Positions 1 through 10,489 of a stretch of DNA of 64,000 nt are shown one piece after another. The stretch comes from Methanoregula sp. (GTDB taxonomy: Archaea; Halobacteriota; Methanomicrobia; Methanomicrobiales; Methanospirillaceae). The stretch spans positions 1-64,000 of the forward strand of contig JBDKTL010000027.1 of the NCBI GenBank assembly GCA_039698055.1, given 5' to 3'. Within the stretch, counting starts at the first letter, position 1; every line of letters begins with the position of its first letter. Below the pieces are notes generated by a model that was not told the DNA's origin, ran no database searches, and saw nothing but the letters and a program-made list of their open reading frames with translations. Position numbers and translations under genes: made by a program.

Positions 1-153
1 CTCAAAGCCCGCAAATACCGACTTCAGATCAAGGAAATTAAAATCAAAATCATCCTCTACAATATCTCAAAATTGATCTCTTCTTTGTCATTCCTTATTT
101 TCATTGAGGAATTCTACAGAGCCGAAAATTCCATTTTTAAAACGTGGGAGTAA
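1..153 (+). mobile_element. 3' end of IS5-family transposase (partial, enters from window edge) with right terminal repeat about 106-123
   Basis: Frame +1 reads LKARKYRLQIKEIKIKIILYNISKLISSLSFLIFIEEFYRA-ENSIFKTWE*. The LKARK..QxKEIKIKxILYN...EEFYRA tail resembles methanogen IS5-type transposases (recognition, not a database hit). It is absent from the ORF track because the start lies outside the window. Confidence 0.7.
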
Positions 154-169
154 CTAATAAAAAATATGG

Positions 170-1093
170 TTATTTCGGGGATCGCGGGGACTGGATGAGC
201 TGGATCTCCCGGATAATCTCGCGGTGGAATACTAAAAGCATGTCCGAGATCATACCGAACATGAAGATCTCGATACCCACGACAATGAGGAGCACGGTCA
301 GGATTGTGAGCGGGATATGATCGATGTGCTGCATCCATTCAAGCAGGACATAAATCCCGGTGAGTACTCCCAGAAGCGAGGTGAACAATCCCATAATCCC
401 AAAATAAAACATCGGGTTGTTCACCCGCGCCAGCCGGTAGATCGTGCTGACGATCTTGATGCCATCGTGGAGCGGGGAAAGTTTGGTAGCAGTGCCCGGG
501 CGGCGGGAGTACCGGATCGGAACCACCATGATCCGCTGTCCGTTGCGTACTGCTTCAACGGAGATCTCGGTCTCAATTTCAAATCCTGTTTCCTTGAGGT
601 GCATCTGCTGGATGCTCATGCGGGTGAAAGCCCGGTACCCGGACAGGATGTCATGCAGGTCCCTGCTGTGAGCCACCTTAAAGAGCAGGTTGAGCATATG
701 GTTGCCAAAGAGATTGAGGCGGGAAAATGAGCCTTCTTCAGCGTTGATGAGCCGGTCGCCAATTACCTGGTCAAATCCCAAAAAGAGGGGGGTCAGCATC
801 TTCTCGGCATCTTTGACTGAGTAGGTGCCATCTCCATCGAGCATGAGGATATAGGGCTGTTCGATCACTTCAAATGATTCAATAATCGCGTTGCCTTTGC
901 CTTTGCCGGACTGTGTCCGGACAGTGGCACCGTTCTCCCGTGCGATTTTGACCGTATTGTCCGTGCTCTTTCCGTCGATGATAAGAATATGGTTATATCC
1001 TGCTGCCTTGAACTCCCTGATGATATTGCCGATAGTAAGGCCTTCATTGAGTGTAGGGATAAGGATACAGACCTCATCTTTGTTGAATTTCAT
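170..1093 (-). CDS. aglJ: GT2 glycosyltransferase, S-layer N-glycosylation AglJ-like
   Basis: LIPTLNE, DGKSTDNT, GKGNA, DGDGTY (DxD), SGYRAF and GFEIETE motifs plus two C-terminal TM helices. Confidence 0.8.
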   Translation of the reverse strand: MKFNKDEVCILIPTLNEGLTIGNIIREFKAAGYNHILIIDGKSTDNTVKIARENGATVRTQSGKGKGNAIIESFEVIEQPYILMLDGDGTYSVKDAEKMLTPLFLGFDQVIGDRLINAEEGSFSRLNLFGNHMLNLLFKVAHSRDLHDILSGYRAFTRMSIQQMHLKETGFEIETEISVEAVRNGQRIMVVPIRYSRRPGTATKLSPLHDGIKIVSTIYRLARVNNPMFYFGIMGLFTSLLGVLTGIYVLLEWMQHIDHIPLTILTVLLIVVGIEIFMFGMISDMLLVFHREIIREIQLIQSPRSPK

Positions 1094-1131
1094 TACTATA
1101 GTATTTTTAATCCGTTGTCATAAGTGCTTCT

Positions 1132-1698
1132 ATGCATATCCCGAAAAAGGGACTGCGGGCACTTGGCATTGCTGAAAGTTATTCCGGACGCTGCCATTCG
1201 ACTCTTTGTGGGCTGGTCATGCGCAAGGATCTTCAGATCGATGGTTGTGCATTTGCCGCTGTGACAGTTGGCGGGACGGATGCAACCGATGCGGTCCGGG
1301 CAATTATCCGGGACCTGAACCGGCAGGATATCAACGTGATTATGCTCTCCGGGTCGGTAATCGCATGGTTCAACGTGATCGATCCTGACGCGGTTTTTTA
1401 TGAAACGGGGATTCCGGTCATCTGTGTCACGTATGAGGAATCAGAGGGTCTCGAAGCAGATTTGCGCTATCACTTCCCCCATGACGAGGAGCGCCTGGCG
1501 GCCTACCGAAAACTGGGCTCCCGGACGCCGTTCTCTCTCAATGAAGAACTGACCGTTTACCTGAGGTGTCGGGGTATCGGCATTGCGGATGCACAAAAAC
1601 TCGTGACTGCATTTACCTGTGCAGGAAAAATACCGGAACCCCTCCGGGTTGCCCGGCTCTGTGCACGGGCAGCACACCGCAGTGCAGCGAGTCCATGA
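1132..1698 (+). CDS. DUF99/UPF0215 family protein (endonuclease V-like fold)
   Basis: ALGIAES, GGTDATD, GSVIAWFNVID and GKIPEPLRVA motifs. Confidence 0.75.
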   Translation: MHIPKKGLRALGIAESYSGRCHSTLCGLVMRKDLQIDGCAFAAVTVGGTDATDAVRAIIRDLNRQDINVIMLSGSVIAWFNVIDPDAVFYETGIPVICVTYEESEGLEADLRYHFPHDEERLAAYRKLGSRTPFSLNEELTVYLRCRGIGIADAQKLVTAFTCAGKIPEPLRVARLCARAAHRSAASP

Positions 1699-1788
1699 TC
1701 CTTAAAAAGGGAATACCTGTTATTGCAGATACAGGAGCATTCATATTTTTAAAAAGAACATCCAAGATGGTACAATCGAGGAAGTCTG

Positions 1789-1980
1789 ATGTCACAGGTA
1801 ACAATTCTATCCCGGTGGATATGCCTTGAATGCCATTACATCTATGATCCGGCAAAAGGAGATAAAAAAGGCGGGATTCCCCCCGGCGTTGCGTTTGAAG
1901 ATCTTCCCGACACGTGGCGCTGTCCTGAATGTAATGTCCTGAAAATAAAAAAAGGCGTCTTCAAGCGCCTTGACGATTAA
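1789..1980 (+). CDS. Rubredoxin
   Basis: CLECHYIYDP...GD...IPPGVAFEDLPDTWRCPEC. Confidence 0.9.
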   Translation: MSQVTILSRWICLECHYIYDPAKGDKKGGIPPGVAFEDLPDTWRCPECNVLKIKKGVFKRLDD

Positions 1981-2004
1981 ATAAAATTTTTTCCTTATCT
2001 GAAG

Positions 2005-2535
2005 TTATGCGCGATATGTGTGCCGTGAAATAATCTGTTGTGTCGGGGTATCAAAGACCTCAATTTTTACCATGTCCCCCGGGTGGAACGTGTCGTGGCT
2101 GTAGTCAATCGCGATATGTTGATCGGGTTCCCATTTTGAGAGCGATGATGACTCTGATCCTCTGGACCCTGAGCCCCCGATTGTCTCGACACCTGTATGA
2201 ACAGAACTGCAGAATGCATCCGCGTTCAGGGTTACGATCCGTGCGTTTACCGGGTTCCCGTTCACATAGGTTTTGACATACAGGTTTTTGTTCCGGTATC
2301 CGGACGTCCCTGCATTGACCAGGACCAGGTAACTGTCGTAGTTCAGGGTTCCATGATCGTCGACATGACGGATGGTGGTGATCCTGAAAATTGCCGGAAC
2401 TGAGTCATCATACATGTGAGGCAGCTGAACCATCAGGAGCATGACGAGTGCAGCTAGCATGATGGTGATCGCAACTGCAAGGATCACACCCAGCGGAGAA
2501 GAGTGTGCATCAGAACCTGAGAGCGAGGAAAACAA
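2005..2535 (-). CDS. Archaeal type IV pilin-like protein (Pilin_N/DUF1628); start uncertain
   Basis: DA|HSSPLGVILAVAITIMLAALV class III signal-like hydrophobic N-terminus. Confidence 0.75.
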   Translation of the reverse strand: MFSSLSGSDAHSSPLGVILAVAITIMLAALVMLLMVQLPHMYDDSVPAIFRITTIRHVDDHGTLNYDSYLVLVNAGTSGYRNKNLYVKTYVNGNPVNARIVTLNADAFCSSVHTGVETIGGSGSRGSESSSLSKWEPDQHIAIDYSHDTFHPGDMVKIEVFDTPTQQIISRHTYRA

Positions 2536-2766
2536 TGTTCATGACTTCTTTTAAATATGACATATTAATTTTTTGAAATTGAATTTTGCCACCCGTCTGC
2601 CTGTTTATTATGAATACCTCCTGCTCTGCAAAAACCTTTCCAGGCTTTTATTATTATCGGAGAATATACCGCCCAGGTTATTCTCGCCGGATATAAATAT
2701 CTCACCTGCTAACAATTCCTTTAGGGAACTTTGTGTTTCGTCCCCTTTACAGGGAAGTTGAGTGCT

Positions 2767-3732
2767 ATGCCGGCGATAACGTCATCCACGTGCGAACAGG
2801 AATCATGTCCGTCAGGGTGGATGGTGTATCTTGAAGGACTGGCGCTTGGGCGGGAGGGAAAACACGACGAGGCGCTGGCAACATTCTCCCGTGCGCTTGC
2901 AATCGATCCAAACCTTGCGCTTGCATGGGTGGGCAGGGGTTTTGCATTTGGCAAACAGGGACGCTTCGAAGAGGAGATTGACTGTTGCACCAAGGCAATT
3001 GAACTCGATCCCCGGTGCATCGATGCATGGAACAACAAGGCGTTTGCTCTTGGAAAACTCGACCGTTTTTATGAAAAACTGGAATGCTGCGAACAGGCAA
3101 TTGAGATCGATCCTGAAAATGCTCCTGCATGGAACAACAAAGGTGTTGCGCTTGGCATGCTTGGAAGGTTCGACGATGAGATTACCTGCTGCGATCGGGC
3201 GCTTGCCCTGCGTGGGCGGTACCTCTCCGCGTGGGTGAATAAGGGATACGCTCTGGGGAAACTCAAACGATATAACGAAGAGATTGCCTGTTATGACCGG
3301 GCACTGAAAATTTACCCGTATTACCTGTCCGCGCTGATCAACAAAGCAGTCTCCTTATCCCACCAGAAATATTACCGGGAAACAATCGAGGTGCTTGACC
3401 GGGCACTGGAGATTGATCCGGACCATGTAAAAGCCCTTTACCGGAAGGGACTTGCCCTTTCCATGCTCTCCCGTCACGGTGAAGCGATAGGGTGCCTTGA
3501 AAAAGCGCTCGCGCTGGACCCCTCGATCGCAGATGCATGGGTCGTCATGAGCAATTCGTGTTTTTTACTGGGGAGACTGGAAGAGTCAGCCCGGGCGTTT
3601 GACCAGGCGTATTATATCGATGCCAAGGATCTCCGGACCGGTGTTGTGAAGGGGTTGTCGCTTTTAAAATCGGGACGGTTTGACGATGCTGTCCGCAGTT
3701 TTTCCGATGTGCTGGGTATCCTGCTCAGGTAA
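2767..3732 (+). CDS. Tetratricopeptide repeat protein
   Basis: Multiple 34-aa repeats of the AWNNKGxALGxLGRFxEEIxCCDRAL type. Confidence 0.9.
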   Translation: MPAITSSTCEQESCPSGWMVYLEGLALGREGKHDEALATFSRALAIDPNLALAWVGRGFAFGKQGRFEEEIDCCTKAIELDPRCIDAWNNKAFALGKLDRFYEKLECCEQAIEIDPENAPAWNNKGVALGMLGRFDDEITCCDRALALRGRYLSAWVNKGYALGKLKRYNEEIACYDRALKIYPYYLSALINKAVSLSHQKYYRETIEVLDRALEIDPDHVKALYRKGLALSMLSRHGEAIGCLEKALALDPSIADAWVVMSNSCFLLGRLEESARAFDQAYYIDAKDLRTGVVKGLSLLKSGRFDDAVRSFSDVLGILLR

Positions 3733-3869
3733 GTTCCCACAACAAGATTCACGCTTTTCCTTTGTGGTTTGCGATCATTCCTGCCGAACCCGGGAACAAC
3801 AACGATCCGGTAACCGGTGAAGGGTAAAAATCCCCTCGTTTTTTATGGTTCTGGCTCGAATAGGAATTC

Positions 3870-5204
3870 ATGGATGTTGAGGAGTTTGTCCGCAGGCGGC
3901 TGGCGGACGGCGAAAGCGAAGAGACGATACATACAAAACTCACCGGACACCTGTCAACCTTCAAATCCGCCAGCCCTTCATACCTGTCGGCATTTTCCCG
4001 TGCGGTTATTGAAGAGGTGAAAAATACCCAGGGGTTGCACGGGGATTTTTTTACCTGTGAACCTTCCGGCGTAACGATGGGGGAATTTGGTGTGGGTTCA
4101 CGTGGGAAAGGGGATTTTTTTGCCCACCGGGAGATCGCACGGATTATCGGGAAAACCTCTGCATCGGTTGGCGTGGATGAGATGGATGATGCCGGTGCAG
4201 TACAAGCAGGTGGCGATTATATTGTCTGCACCGTGGACGGCATGCACTCCCGTCTGTCGGATTACCCGTTCCTTGCCGGGTTCCATGTCACCCGTGCTAC
4301 CCTGCGGGATCTCTACGTGATGGGGGCAAAACCGGTCATGCTGTTCTCCGATATCCATGTCGCTGATGATGGGGACGTGGCAAAAATTTTTGACTATACT
4401 GCCGGCATTACGACCGTCGGGGAAGCGATGGATGTACCGCTCGTGACCGGGTCCACGCTGCGGATCGGCGGTGATATGGTGCTGGGGAGCCGGATGACCG
4501 GTTGTGTCGGGTGCGTTGGCGTAACCAACCACCTGACCGCACGCAAGTCCACCCAGCCCGGCGATGTCCTGCTGATGACGCAGGGTGCCGGTGGCGGGAC
4601 TATCGCAACCGCCGCGATTTACTCCGGGTTCCCGGAAGTTGTGGAGCAGACGATCAACCTGAACTTCCTGACGACCTGCGAAAAACTGATAAAGGACCCG
4701 GTCTTTTCTGCCATCCATGCGATGACGGATGTAACAAACGGGGGTTTGCGCGGCGACGCGTACGAGATGGCAGAGACCGCAAACTGCCGGATCGTGATCT
4801 GCGAAGAGGATGCCCGGACACTTGTCGAGCCGCATGTCCGGGATATGCTCGAAGCACTCCGGATTGATTATCTTGGGGTTTCGCTGGATTCGCTGCTCAT
4901 TGTCGCGCCCCCGTCCGCAGCGGGGGAGATCTGCCGGGTTGTACAGGCTACGGGGGTGGAATGCCGCGAAGTGGGTTACGTGGAGAAAGGAAAACCGGCA
5001 TCGGTGCTGATGGTTGATGGGAAGGAGCAGGATTTTCTGCCACGGTTCCGCGAATCGGCATATACCCCGGTCAAAAAAGTAGCTGACACTGATGTACGGG
5101 ATTTTGATGAGATGAAAAAGGGAATCCTGCATGCATCGGATGCCGCAATTGCAAAGAAACAGCGCGTGTTACACCGGCTGATGCCGCAAAAATTTCCGGA
5201 GTAA
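3870..5204 (+). CDS. AIR synthase-related (PurM/HypE/SelD-fold) protein
   Basis: GVGSRGxGDF, DDAG, TVDGMHSRL and AMTDVTNGGLRGD motifs. Confidence 0.85.
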   Translation: MDVEEFVRRRLADGESEETIHTKLTGHLSTFKSASPSYLSAFSRAVIEEVKNTQGLHGDFFTCEPSGVTMGEFGVGSRGKGDFFAHREIARIIGKTSASVGVDEMDDAGAVQAGGDYIVCTVDGMHSRLSDYPFLAGFHVTRATLRDLYVMGAKPVMLFSDIHVADDGDVAKIFDYTAGITTVGEAMDVPLVTGSTLRIGGDMVLGSRMTGCVGCVGVTNHLTARKSTQPGDVLLMTQGAGGGTIATAAIYSGFPEVVEQTINLNFLTTCEKLIKDPVFSAIHAMTDVTNGGLRGDAYEMAETANCRIVICEEDARTLVEPHVRDMLEALRIDYLGVSLDSLLIVAPPSAAGEICRVVQATGVECREVGYVEKGKPASVLMVDGKEQDFLPRFRESAYTPVKKVADTDVRDFDEMKKGILHASDAAIAKKQRVLHRLMPQKFPE

Positions 5205-5616
5205 TTTTTTTTTAATTTTTGGCGACTTGGAACATGTTTCATGGGACACCGGTTCCGGACTGCCGCTGATAATTTTTGTACGGATCACTGATCGATTTTA
5301 TTGATGGGAGCAAACTCCCCCCATTCCCCCGGTTACGATGAACCCCGCCGCACCAAAAAGGGACGCCCCCGCTGTGGTAAAAAGCACCCCCATCAGGGTG
5401 GGGGCACTTCAAAAACGAATTCTGATTACCTGTCTGGCGTACACGAAATGGCGGTAATTTAAGAAAATTCTATTTGCTGAAATCCTCACAGATACTCATG
5501 CAGTCGCTCCCGGAGGCATTTTCGCGCATCGTGCTTTTTTACTTCCGCCGCTTGAGCATCATCCAGTAGTTTTTTTAATAATCATCAGGAATGTGATGAA
5601 AAACCTCAAGCAAACT

Positions 5617-5681
5617 GGGGGGTCAAGGGGACGCTCCCCTTGGGGTGCCTCCCCCATTGGGGGAGAGAGGGGGTCACCCTC
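5617..5681. repeat. GC-rich triple hairpin element (REP/MITE-like) between convergent genes
   Basis: Stems CAAGGGGA/TCCCCTTG (5624-5642), CTCCCCCA/TGGGGGAG (5649-5665) and GAGGG/CCCTC (5667-5681). Confidence 0.55.
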
Positions 5682-5828
5682 CTCATTATTGTAGATACTA
5701 CATGAATGACGGGGAAATGAGGATTTCAAGAGAGCCGAAAATTGAATTTGTGATGTAAATTTTTTTCTTTGTTGTGAAACCAGCAAATTTCATACCCGTT
5801 TAAAAAAACCTCGATAAAGATATCAATC

Positions 5829-6554
5829 TTACGGCCTTTTCCCGCTCGCGCAGATATTATAGGCAAGCTGGGGGATGCGCTGTTCGACAAAGGGTTCGAC
5901 TTTCCGGGCAAAGTGGAAGAGGGGATCAATCATATCGATGTGGGCAAACGAGCACCAGCTCACGTTGATATCGACAAATCCTGCACGGGAAAAGAGATCA
6001 TACATCTCCTCCTCGTTATAGTACCGCTCGCCAAAATCACCCATCACGAAATGGGTGACGTTGATCTTCTCGCTGATCTTGTAGATCGCCGGGATGCCTT
6101 TGGTGAGCAGTTTTTTTCCCAGTGTCCCAATCGAAAGGGCACCGCCGGACCTCAGCACGCGAAAGGCTTCTGCGAGCATTGCATCGGGATCTTTGACATA
6201 ACTGAACACCAGCAGGCTTGAGATCGCGTCAAACGACTGATCCCTGAACGGGATGCATTCCCCTTTTGCGACGGTGAAATCGGACCCGGTGCACCGGCAT
6301 CGCGCCCGGCGCAGCATCTTATCACTGATATCAAGGCCGACTGCCGTTCCCCCGTTCTCCAGGTACTTCTCCACAAAAAGACCGGTCCCGCACCCGATAT
6401 CAAGCAGGTGGCCGTTTTTTGGGAGGCACTGCATCACATGCTGGCTGAGATGGTTGTGATAACACCTGCCCCGGGGGAGATCATAATGGGTATCATAGAC
6501 ATCGGCGATTGCGTCATAATGCGCCCGGATCTTCCGCTGGTTTGCCGTGCTCAC
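5829..6554 (-). CDS. Class I SAM-dependent methyltransferase (UbiE-like)
   Basis: LLDIGCGTG, GLDIS, IPFRDQSFD and EAFRVLRSGG motifs. Confidence 0.85.
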   Translation of the reverse strand: MSTANQRKIRAHYDAIADVYDTHYDLPRGRCYHNHLSQHVMQCLPKNGHLLDIGCGTGLFVEKYLENGGTAVGLDISDKMLRRARCRCTGSDFTVAKGECIPFRDQSFDAISSLLVFSYVKDPDAMLAEAFRVLRSGGALSIGTLGKKLLTKGIPAIYKISEKINVTHFVMGDFGERYYNEEEMYDLFSRAGFVDINVSWCSFAHIDMIDPLFHFARKVEPFVEQRIPQLAYNICASGKRP

Positions 6555-7547
6555 TTAAAACACCTTCCGGATATGTGCAGCGAACGAACCGATCTGGATA
6601 TAGTCACTGTTGCCATGCCCGGTCCGGTAGTCGGCATCGGCGAGGGCAACTGCAAGTTGGGGATCGTTGTATTCCCGGTGGACAATTGACCGGACTTCGG
6701 ATAAAACCTCGCGCCCGGTCAACCCGTAATTGATCATCAGGGACTCAAGCTGGCGGATTGCTCCCCGTGTATCGTTTTTCATCAGCGCCTGCATGGCAAG
6801 AGCTGTGACCGTCCCGGTTTCAGAACGGGCGATCTCAAAAATGCTCTTGCACTGCCCTGACTGAAGTGCAACCTGGAGCAGCAGGGTTGCCCTGCGGAGA
6901 TCGCCCTCGGAAGCCTGCGCGATCAGTTCAAGTTCATCGTCGGTGCAGGTATACGCGGCCCCCTCTTCTTTCTGCCGTATCCGTTCCAGGTATCCTGTCA
7001 GTTCATCCGCACGGATCGGCGCGAAAAAGAGCGGAAGGCACCGTGAAGAAATAGCCGGGATGATCGCACTCTGGTTGGTGGTTGAAAAAACAAACCGGCA
7101 GGTGCTGCTGTACCGCTCCATAATCCGGCGGAGTCCCTGCTGGGCGTCGCGGGTAAGCGTATGGGCGTCTTCAAACACCATCAGTTTGAATGCAGCGTCC
7201 AGCGGGCGGATCGAGGCATACCATTTCAGGATATATTTGAAATTGACAATCAGGCTCTGGCTTTTCTGGTACAGGTGGGAATACCGCTCGTCTTCCTCGA
7301 GCATTTTTTTCCCCTGGGAAAAGAGGTCTGAGGTCTGGAAAACAGACGTGTTGGCTTCCCAGTTGATGCCATAGAGTTTTTTTGCAAAACATTCTATGGC
7401 AGCGCTTTTTCCGGTGCCATGTGGCCCGGTGAGCATAAGATGAGGCACGTTGCCTGATGCAGCAAAGGATGCCAGGTGCGATATTACCGGTCCCTGCCCG
7501 ATGATCTCGTCGAGGCTGGTCGGCCGGTATTTTTCAGTCCACAGCAT
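6555..7547 (-). CDS. Replication factor C small subunit, divergent second paralog (RFCS2-like)
   Basis: WTEKYRP, Walker A GPHGTGKS, degenerate Walker B FEDAH, AQQGLRRIME, SRC, GDLRRA. Confidence 0.85.
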   Translation of the reverse strand: MLWTEKYRPTSLDEIIGQGPVISHLASFAASGNVPHLMLTGPHGTGKSAAIECFAKKLYGINWEANTSVFQTSDLFSQGKKMLEEDERYSHLYQKSQSLIVNFKYILKWYASIRPLDAAFKLMVFEDAHTLTRDAQQGLRRIMERYSSTCRFVFSTTNQSAIIPAISSRCLPLFFAPIRADELTGYLERIRQKEEGAAYTCTDDELELIAQASEGDLRRATLLLQVALQSGQCKSIFEIARSETGTVTALAMQALMKNDTRGAIRQLESLMINYGLTGREVLSEVRSIVHREYNDPQLAVALADADYRTGHGNSDYIQIGSFAAHIRKVF

Positions 7548-8265
7548 CAGACAGCCTCCGTATCATCTCACGTATTGCTTCTGACAAAAGATAATGGTTG
7601 TCAAGTGTCTGTAAAAGCGTCTCTCTCTCGTTATCGCCCAGTTCCAAACAGGCGCGGGTGATTTCGGGGAGTGCCCGGGTGAGTTCATCAATAATTGTCA
7701 GCGTAGCGGTTCGTGCGGTGCGGGAGAGCGGGTTCAGATCGATAGCGATCACTTTTTTCCCCATCGATACCAGCGCCTCTGCCCGGTCCCCGTCTTCGAG
7801 CGGGACAAGGATGACATCTGCCGAATACATCCCTTCACGGCGGCACCATGCCCGGTCATGGGAGAGCGGGAGCAGGCGTTTGGCAGGGCCGGAAAATACG
7901 TTCACACCGGCATCGCTGAGTATGTGTTCGATCTGGCAGACCCGTTCTTCTGTCCGGTGGAAAAGGTTTACCTCTACCTGTGCACCGCACGCTTTCTGGA
8001 GTGCAGCAATCTCCGGTGCGGCAAGAGCCGCCGTATTACCGTTTACCGAGATGACCGGGTGGCGGGCGGATAAAAGCAGTGCTGCGGCAATCTTTTCCGC
8101 AAGCCGTGCGCTCTCTGTGGTTCGTTCACCCAGCAGGTAATCAAACGCTTCACCCCGTCCCTGTGCAATGAGGCCTTCCCCGGCAACAATTCCCTCTTTT
8201 GCACACTTCGCAAGGTGCTCCCGGATAAGCAGCGATTTATATCGCGGGTGGTCCGGTGGTATCAT
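7534..8265 (-). CDS. Phosphopantothenate synthetase (4-phosphopantoate--beta-alanine ligase)
   Basis: HPRYxSL, GRGEAFDYLLGE, SVNGN, VNLFHRT, VPLEDGDR, IDLNPLSRT; next to pantoate kinase and coaBC. Confidence 0.9.
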   Translation of the reverse strand: MIPPDHPRYKSLLIREHLAKCAKEGIVAGEGLIAQGRGEAFDYLLGERTTESARLAEKIAAALLLSARHPVISVNGNTAALAAPEIAALQKACGAQVEVNLFHRTEERVCQIEHILSDAGVNVFSGPAKRLLPLSHDRAWCRREGMYSADVILVPLEDGDRAEALVSMGKKVIAIDLNPLSRTARTATLTIIDELTRALPEITRACLELGDNERETLLQTLDNHYLLSEAIREMIRRLSDAVD

Positions 8266-9128
8266 GACGTATCCTCCACAATCCTGACCCCTTCGTGCGC
8301 CATCTGCATCCGGTATACCCGGCCAAACTCACGGAGCACCGGTTCTGCCGTAGTCCCGTACGCAAATACCCCATTCCCGAGCATCGTCATGCTCGCCGGA
8401 ATATGATGACGATCGCACGCCGCAAGAACATTCCTTACTTCTGGTGTTTCAAGTCCGCTGGCATCACCAAATTCGCGTGAGAGCCGGAAAAAATCATCCA
8501 CATTTTGGGGTGTAGTCTTCGGGAACGCTGATGCCACCTGCTGCATCTGGACCGGAGAGCCCAGTACGGACGGTGTATGGATCGGGCCAAAACTGACCGC
8601 ACAGATGGGGTCGGGCATATCAAAATGCCGGAGAACCGGGCCGCCAATTCCCGGCCCGGTACGCACCACGCGCCCCCCGCCCTGGCATGCGGCAACATCG
8701 CCAAGTCCTGTTTTATGCAGGACTTCGGTTTCATGAGCGATCTCTGCGAGTTCTGCCGGGTCTTTACCACAACAAAACAGCTGGTTTGCTGCTGCCAGTG
8801 TCGCGAGGAGTGCCGCCGCGGAAAGTCCAAAGCCTGCGCCGATCGGGAGCCTGCAGGTAGTCGTAACTCCGGCAAAAACACCGATCCGGGAAAGAGCTGT
8901 CACGAGTGGGGGGGAATCGTGCGCCCCGTCAATAAGTGTGCCGGATGGATCCTGTGTCCTGATTACGATAGTAGGCACTTTCGCCCGGCAGACGGTCACC
9001 GTGACCCCCTCGTTAATGACAATACCGGCGCCGATGCTCCCGGTTGCTTGCAGTTCGTGGCTGTCAACACGCTTGAAATAGCCGGAAATATGTCCGGGAC
9101 AGAATGCAGTTACCGACGCAGGAGTCAT
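8262..9128 (-). CDS. Pantoate kinase (GHMP kinase)
   Basis: AFCPGHISGYF, GSIGAG, PIGAGFGLSAA, TGLGDV and SMTMLGN motifs. Confidence 0.9.
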   Translation of the reverse strand: MTPASVTAFCPGHISGYFKRVDSHELQATGSIGAGIVINEGVTVTVCRAKVPTIVIRTQDPSGTLIDGAHDSPPLVTALSRIGVFAGVTTTCRLPIGAGFGLSAAALLATLAAANQLFCCGKDPAELAEIAHETEVLHKTGLGDVAACQGGGRVVRTGPGIGGPVLRHFDMPDPICAVSFGPIHTPSVLGSPVQMQQVASAFPKTTPQNVDDFFRLSREFGDASGLETPEVRNVLAACDRHHIPASMTMLGNGVFAYGTTAEPVLREFGRVYRMQMAHEGVRIVEDTS

Positions 9129-9325
9129 GGCAGGCAGGTAGTGATGATAGAAAAGTGTAGGGTGTGAAGTGATTTAAGAAATTGCCACCGGTTTTTTTAT
9201 TGTGAACGCACCCGGTGTCGTATCATCCGGTTGGATTTCCCGCACAGGATAAACGCTCTGTCGCACAAGTGCGGGCTCAACGATTCTCATAGCGGTGATC
9301 AAAAAGGGAAAAAAAGTGTTTTTTA

Positions 9326-10489
9326 TCATCCCTGATGAGATTTCCGCAGGTTTGAGATCAGGTCTTCCCATACCGCGATAGCAATCTCTTCCTTGGTTCC
9401 GGACACATGGCGGTCGTTATGGGTGGTCAGGATATGGTATGCGCCGTCAGGGCCTCCCATGCTCTCTTTGGTATTTGTTATCACCATCGCGATGCCTTTT
9501 CCAAGCATTTCTTGTGCTGGTTTTTCCGTATCCTCGCCAATCTTGAAGGCAACAAATATTGCCCGGTACTGCTGGCAGACTTCGTCAAGGAGCTTGGGGA
9601 GGGGTATTAGCCGGAGGGTTACCGGTGCACCGCTTGGGATCTTTCCTGCCGCCCGCTCCGGGGCAAAATCTGAGATTGCCGCCGCGCTGATGTAGATATC
9701 GGCCCCGCTCTTTTTGAAAACTGCATGGACAGCGTCACGCATCTCCTCTGCTGTCTCCACCCGGATATTGGTGACACCGGGCATGATGTCGTGGTGGACG
9801 ATGGTAACATCCGCACCTAAACGGAATGCCTGTGTGGCAAGTGCCTGACCCATGCGACCGCTTGAGCGGGTGGTCAGCACCCGGACATCATCCACTGTTT
9901 CCCGGCAGGCGCCGCTGGTGATAAGCACCCGTTTTCCGGCAAGCGGCATACCGGACACGGCGCGTTCGCACCACATCACGATCTCGTCGGTGTCGGCAAT
10001 CTTGGCTTTACCCTCTTCTATCTTTGGCCCGGCAAACAGGACTCCCCACTGTTGTAATTTAGCAATATTCTCTGCAACCGCCGGATGACGGTACATACTG
10101 TGGTGCATTGCCGGCACTACGAGCACGGGCATTCTGCTGCCAAGGGCGGTTGTCGCAAAGGTCGTCACCGGTGTATCATCGATCCCGCAGGCGATTTTGC
10201 CTATCGTGTTTGCGGTGCAGGGCGCGATCAGCAGGAGATCCGCAGAACCCCCGTCGCCGCAGAACAGGACATGCTCCACCATCCCCGATATGCGGGTGAG
10301 CGTCATGTTCCCGCTTGCATAGGTCAGCGCATCCGGATGGATAATGCCCTGCGCCGCACTGCTCATCACCGGCTGGACGGCTGCGCCCTTGCGCCGCAGC
10401 GCGTGGATTAGTTTTACCGTTTCTACCGCGGCAATGCTCCCGGTGACGGCGATGACGATCTGTTTGCCAAGGAGGGTCTGAACGGTCAT
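9326..10489 (-). CDS. coaBC: Bifunctional phosphopantothenoylcysteine decarboxylase/ligase
   Basis: VTGSIAA, APCTANTIGK, PAMH, ITSGA..E.VDDVR, SSGRMG and AAISDF motifs. Confidence 0.92.
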   Translation of the reverse strand: MTVQTLLGKQIVIAVTGSIAAVETVKLIHALRRKGAAVQPVMSSAAQGIIHPDALTYASGNMTLTRISGMVEHVLFCGDGGSADLLLIAPCTANTIGKIACGIDDTPVTTFATTALGSRMPVLVVPAMHHSMYRHPAVAENIAKLQQWGVLFAGPKIEEGKAKIADTDEIVMWCERAVSGMPLAGKRVLITSGACRETVDDVRVLTTRSSGRMGQALATQAFRLGADVTIVHHDIMPGVTNIRVETAEEMRDAVHAVFKKSGADIYISAAAISDFAPERAAGKIPSGAPVTLRLIPLPKLLDEVCQQYRAIFVAFKIGEDTEKPAQEMLGKGIAMVITNTKESMGGPDGAYHILTTHNDRHVSGTKEEIAIAVWEDLISNLRKSHQG

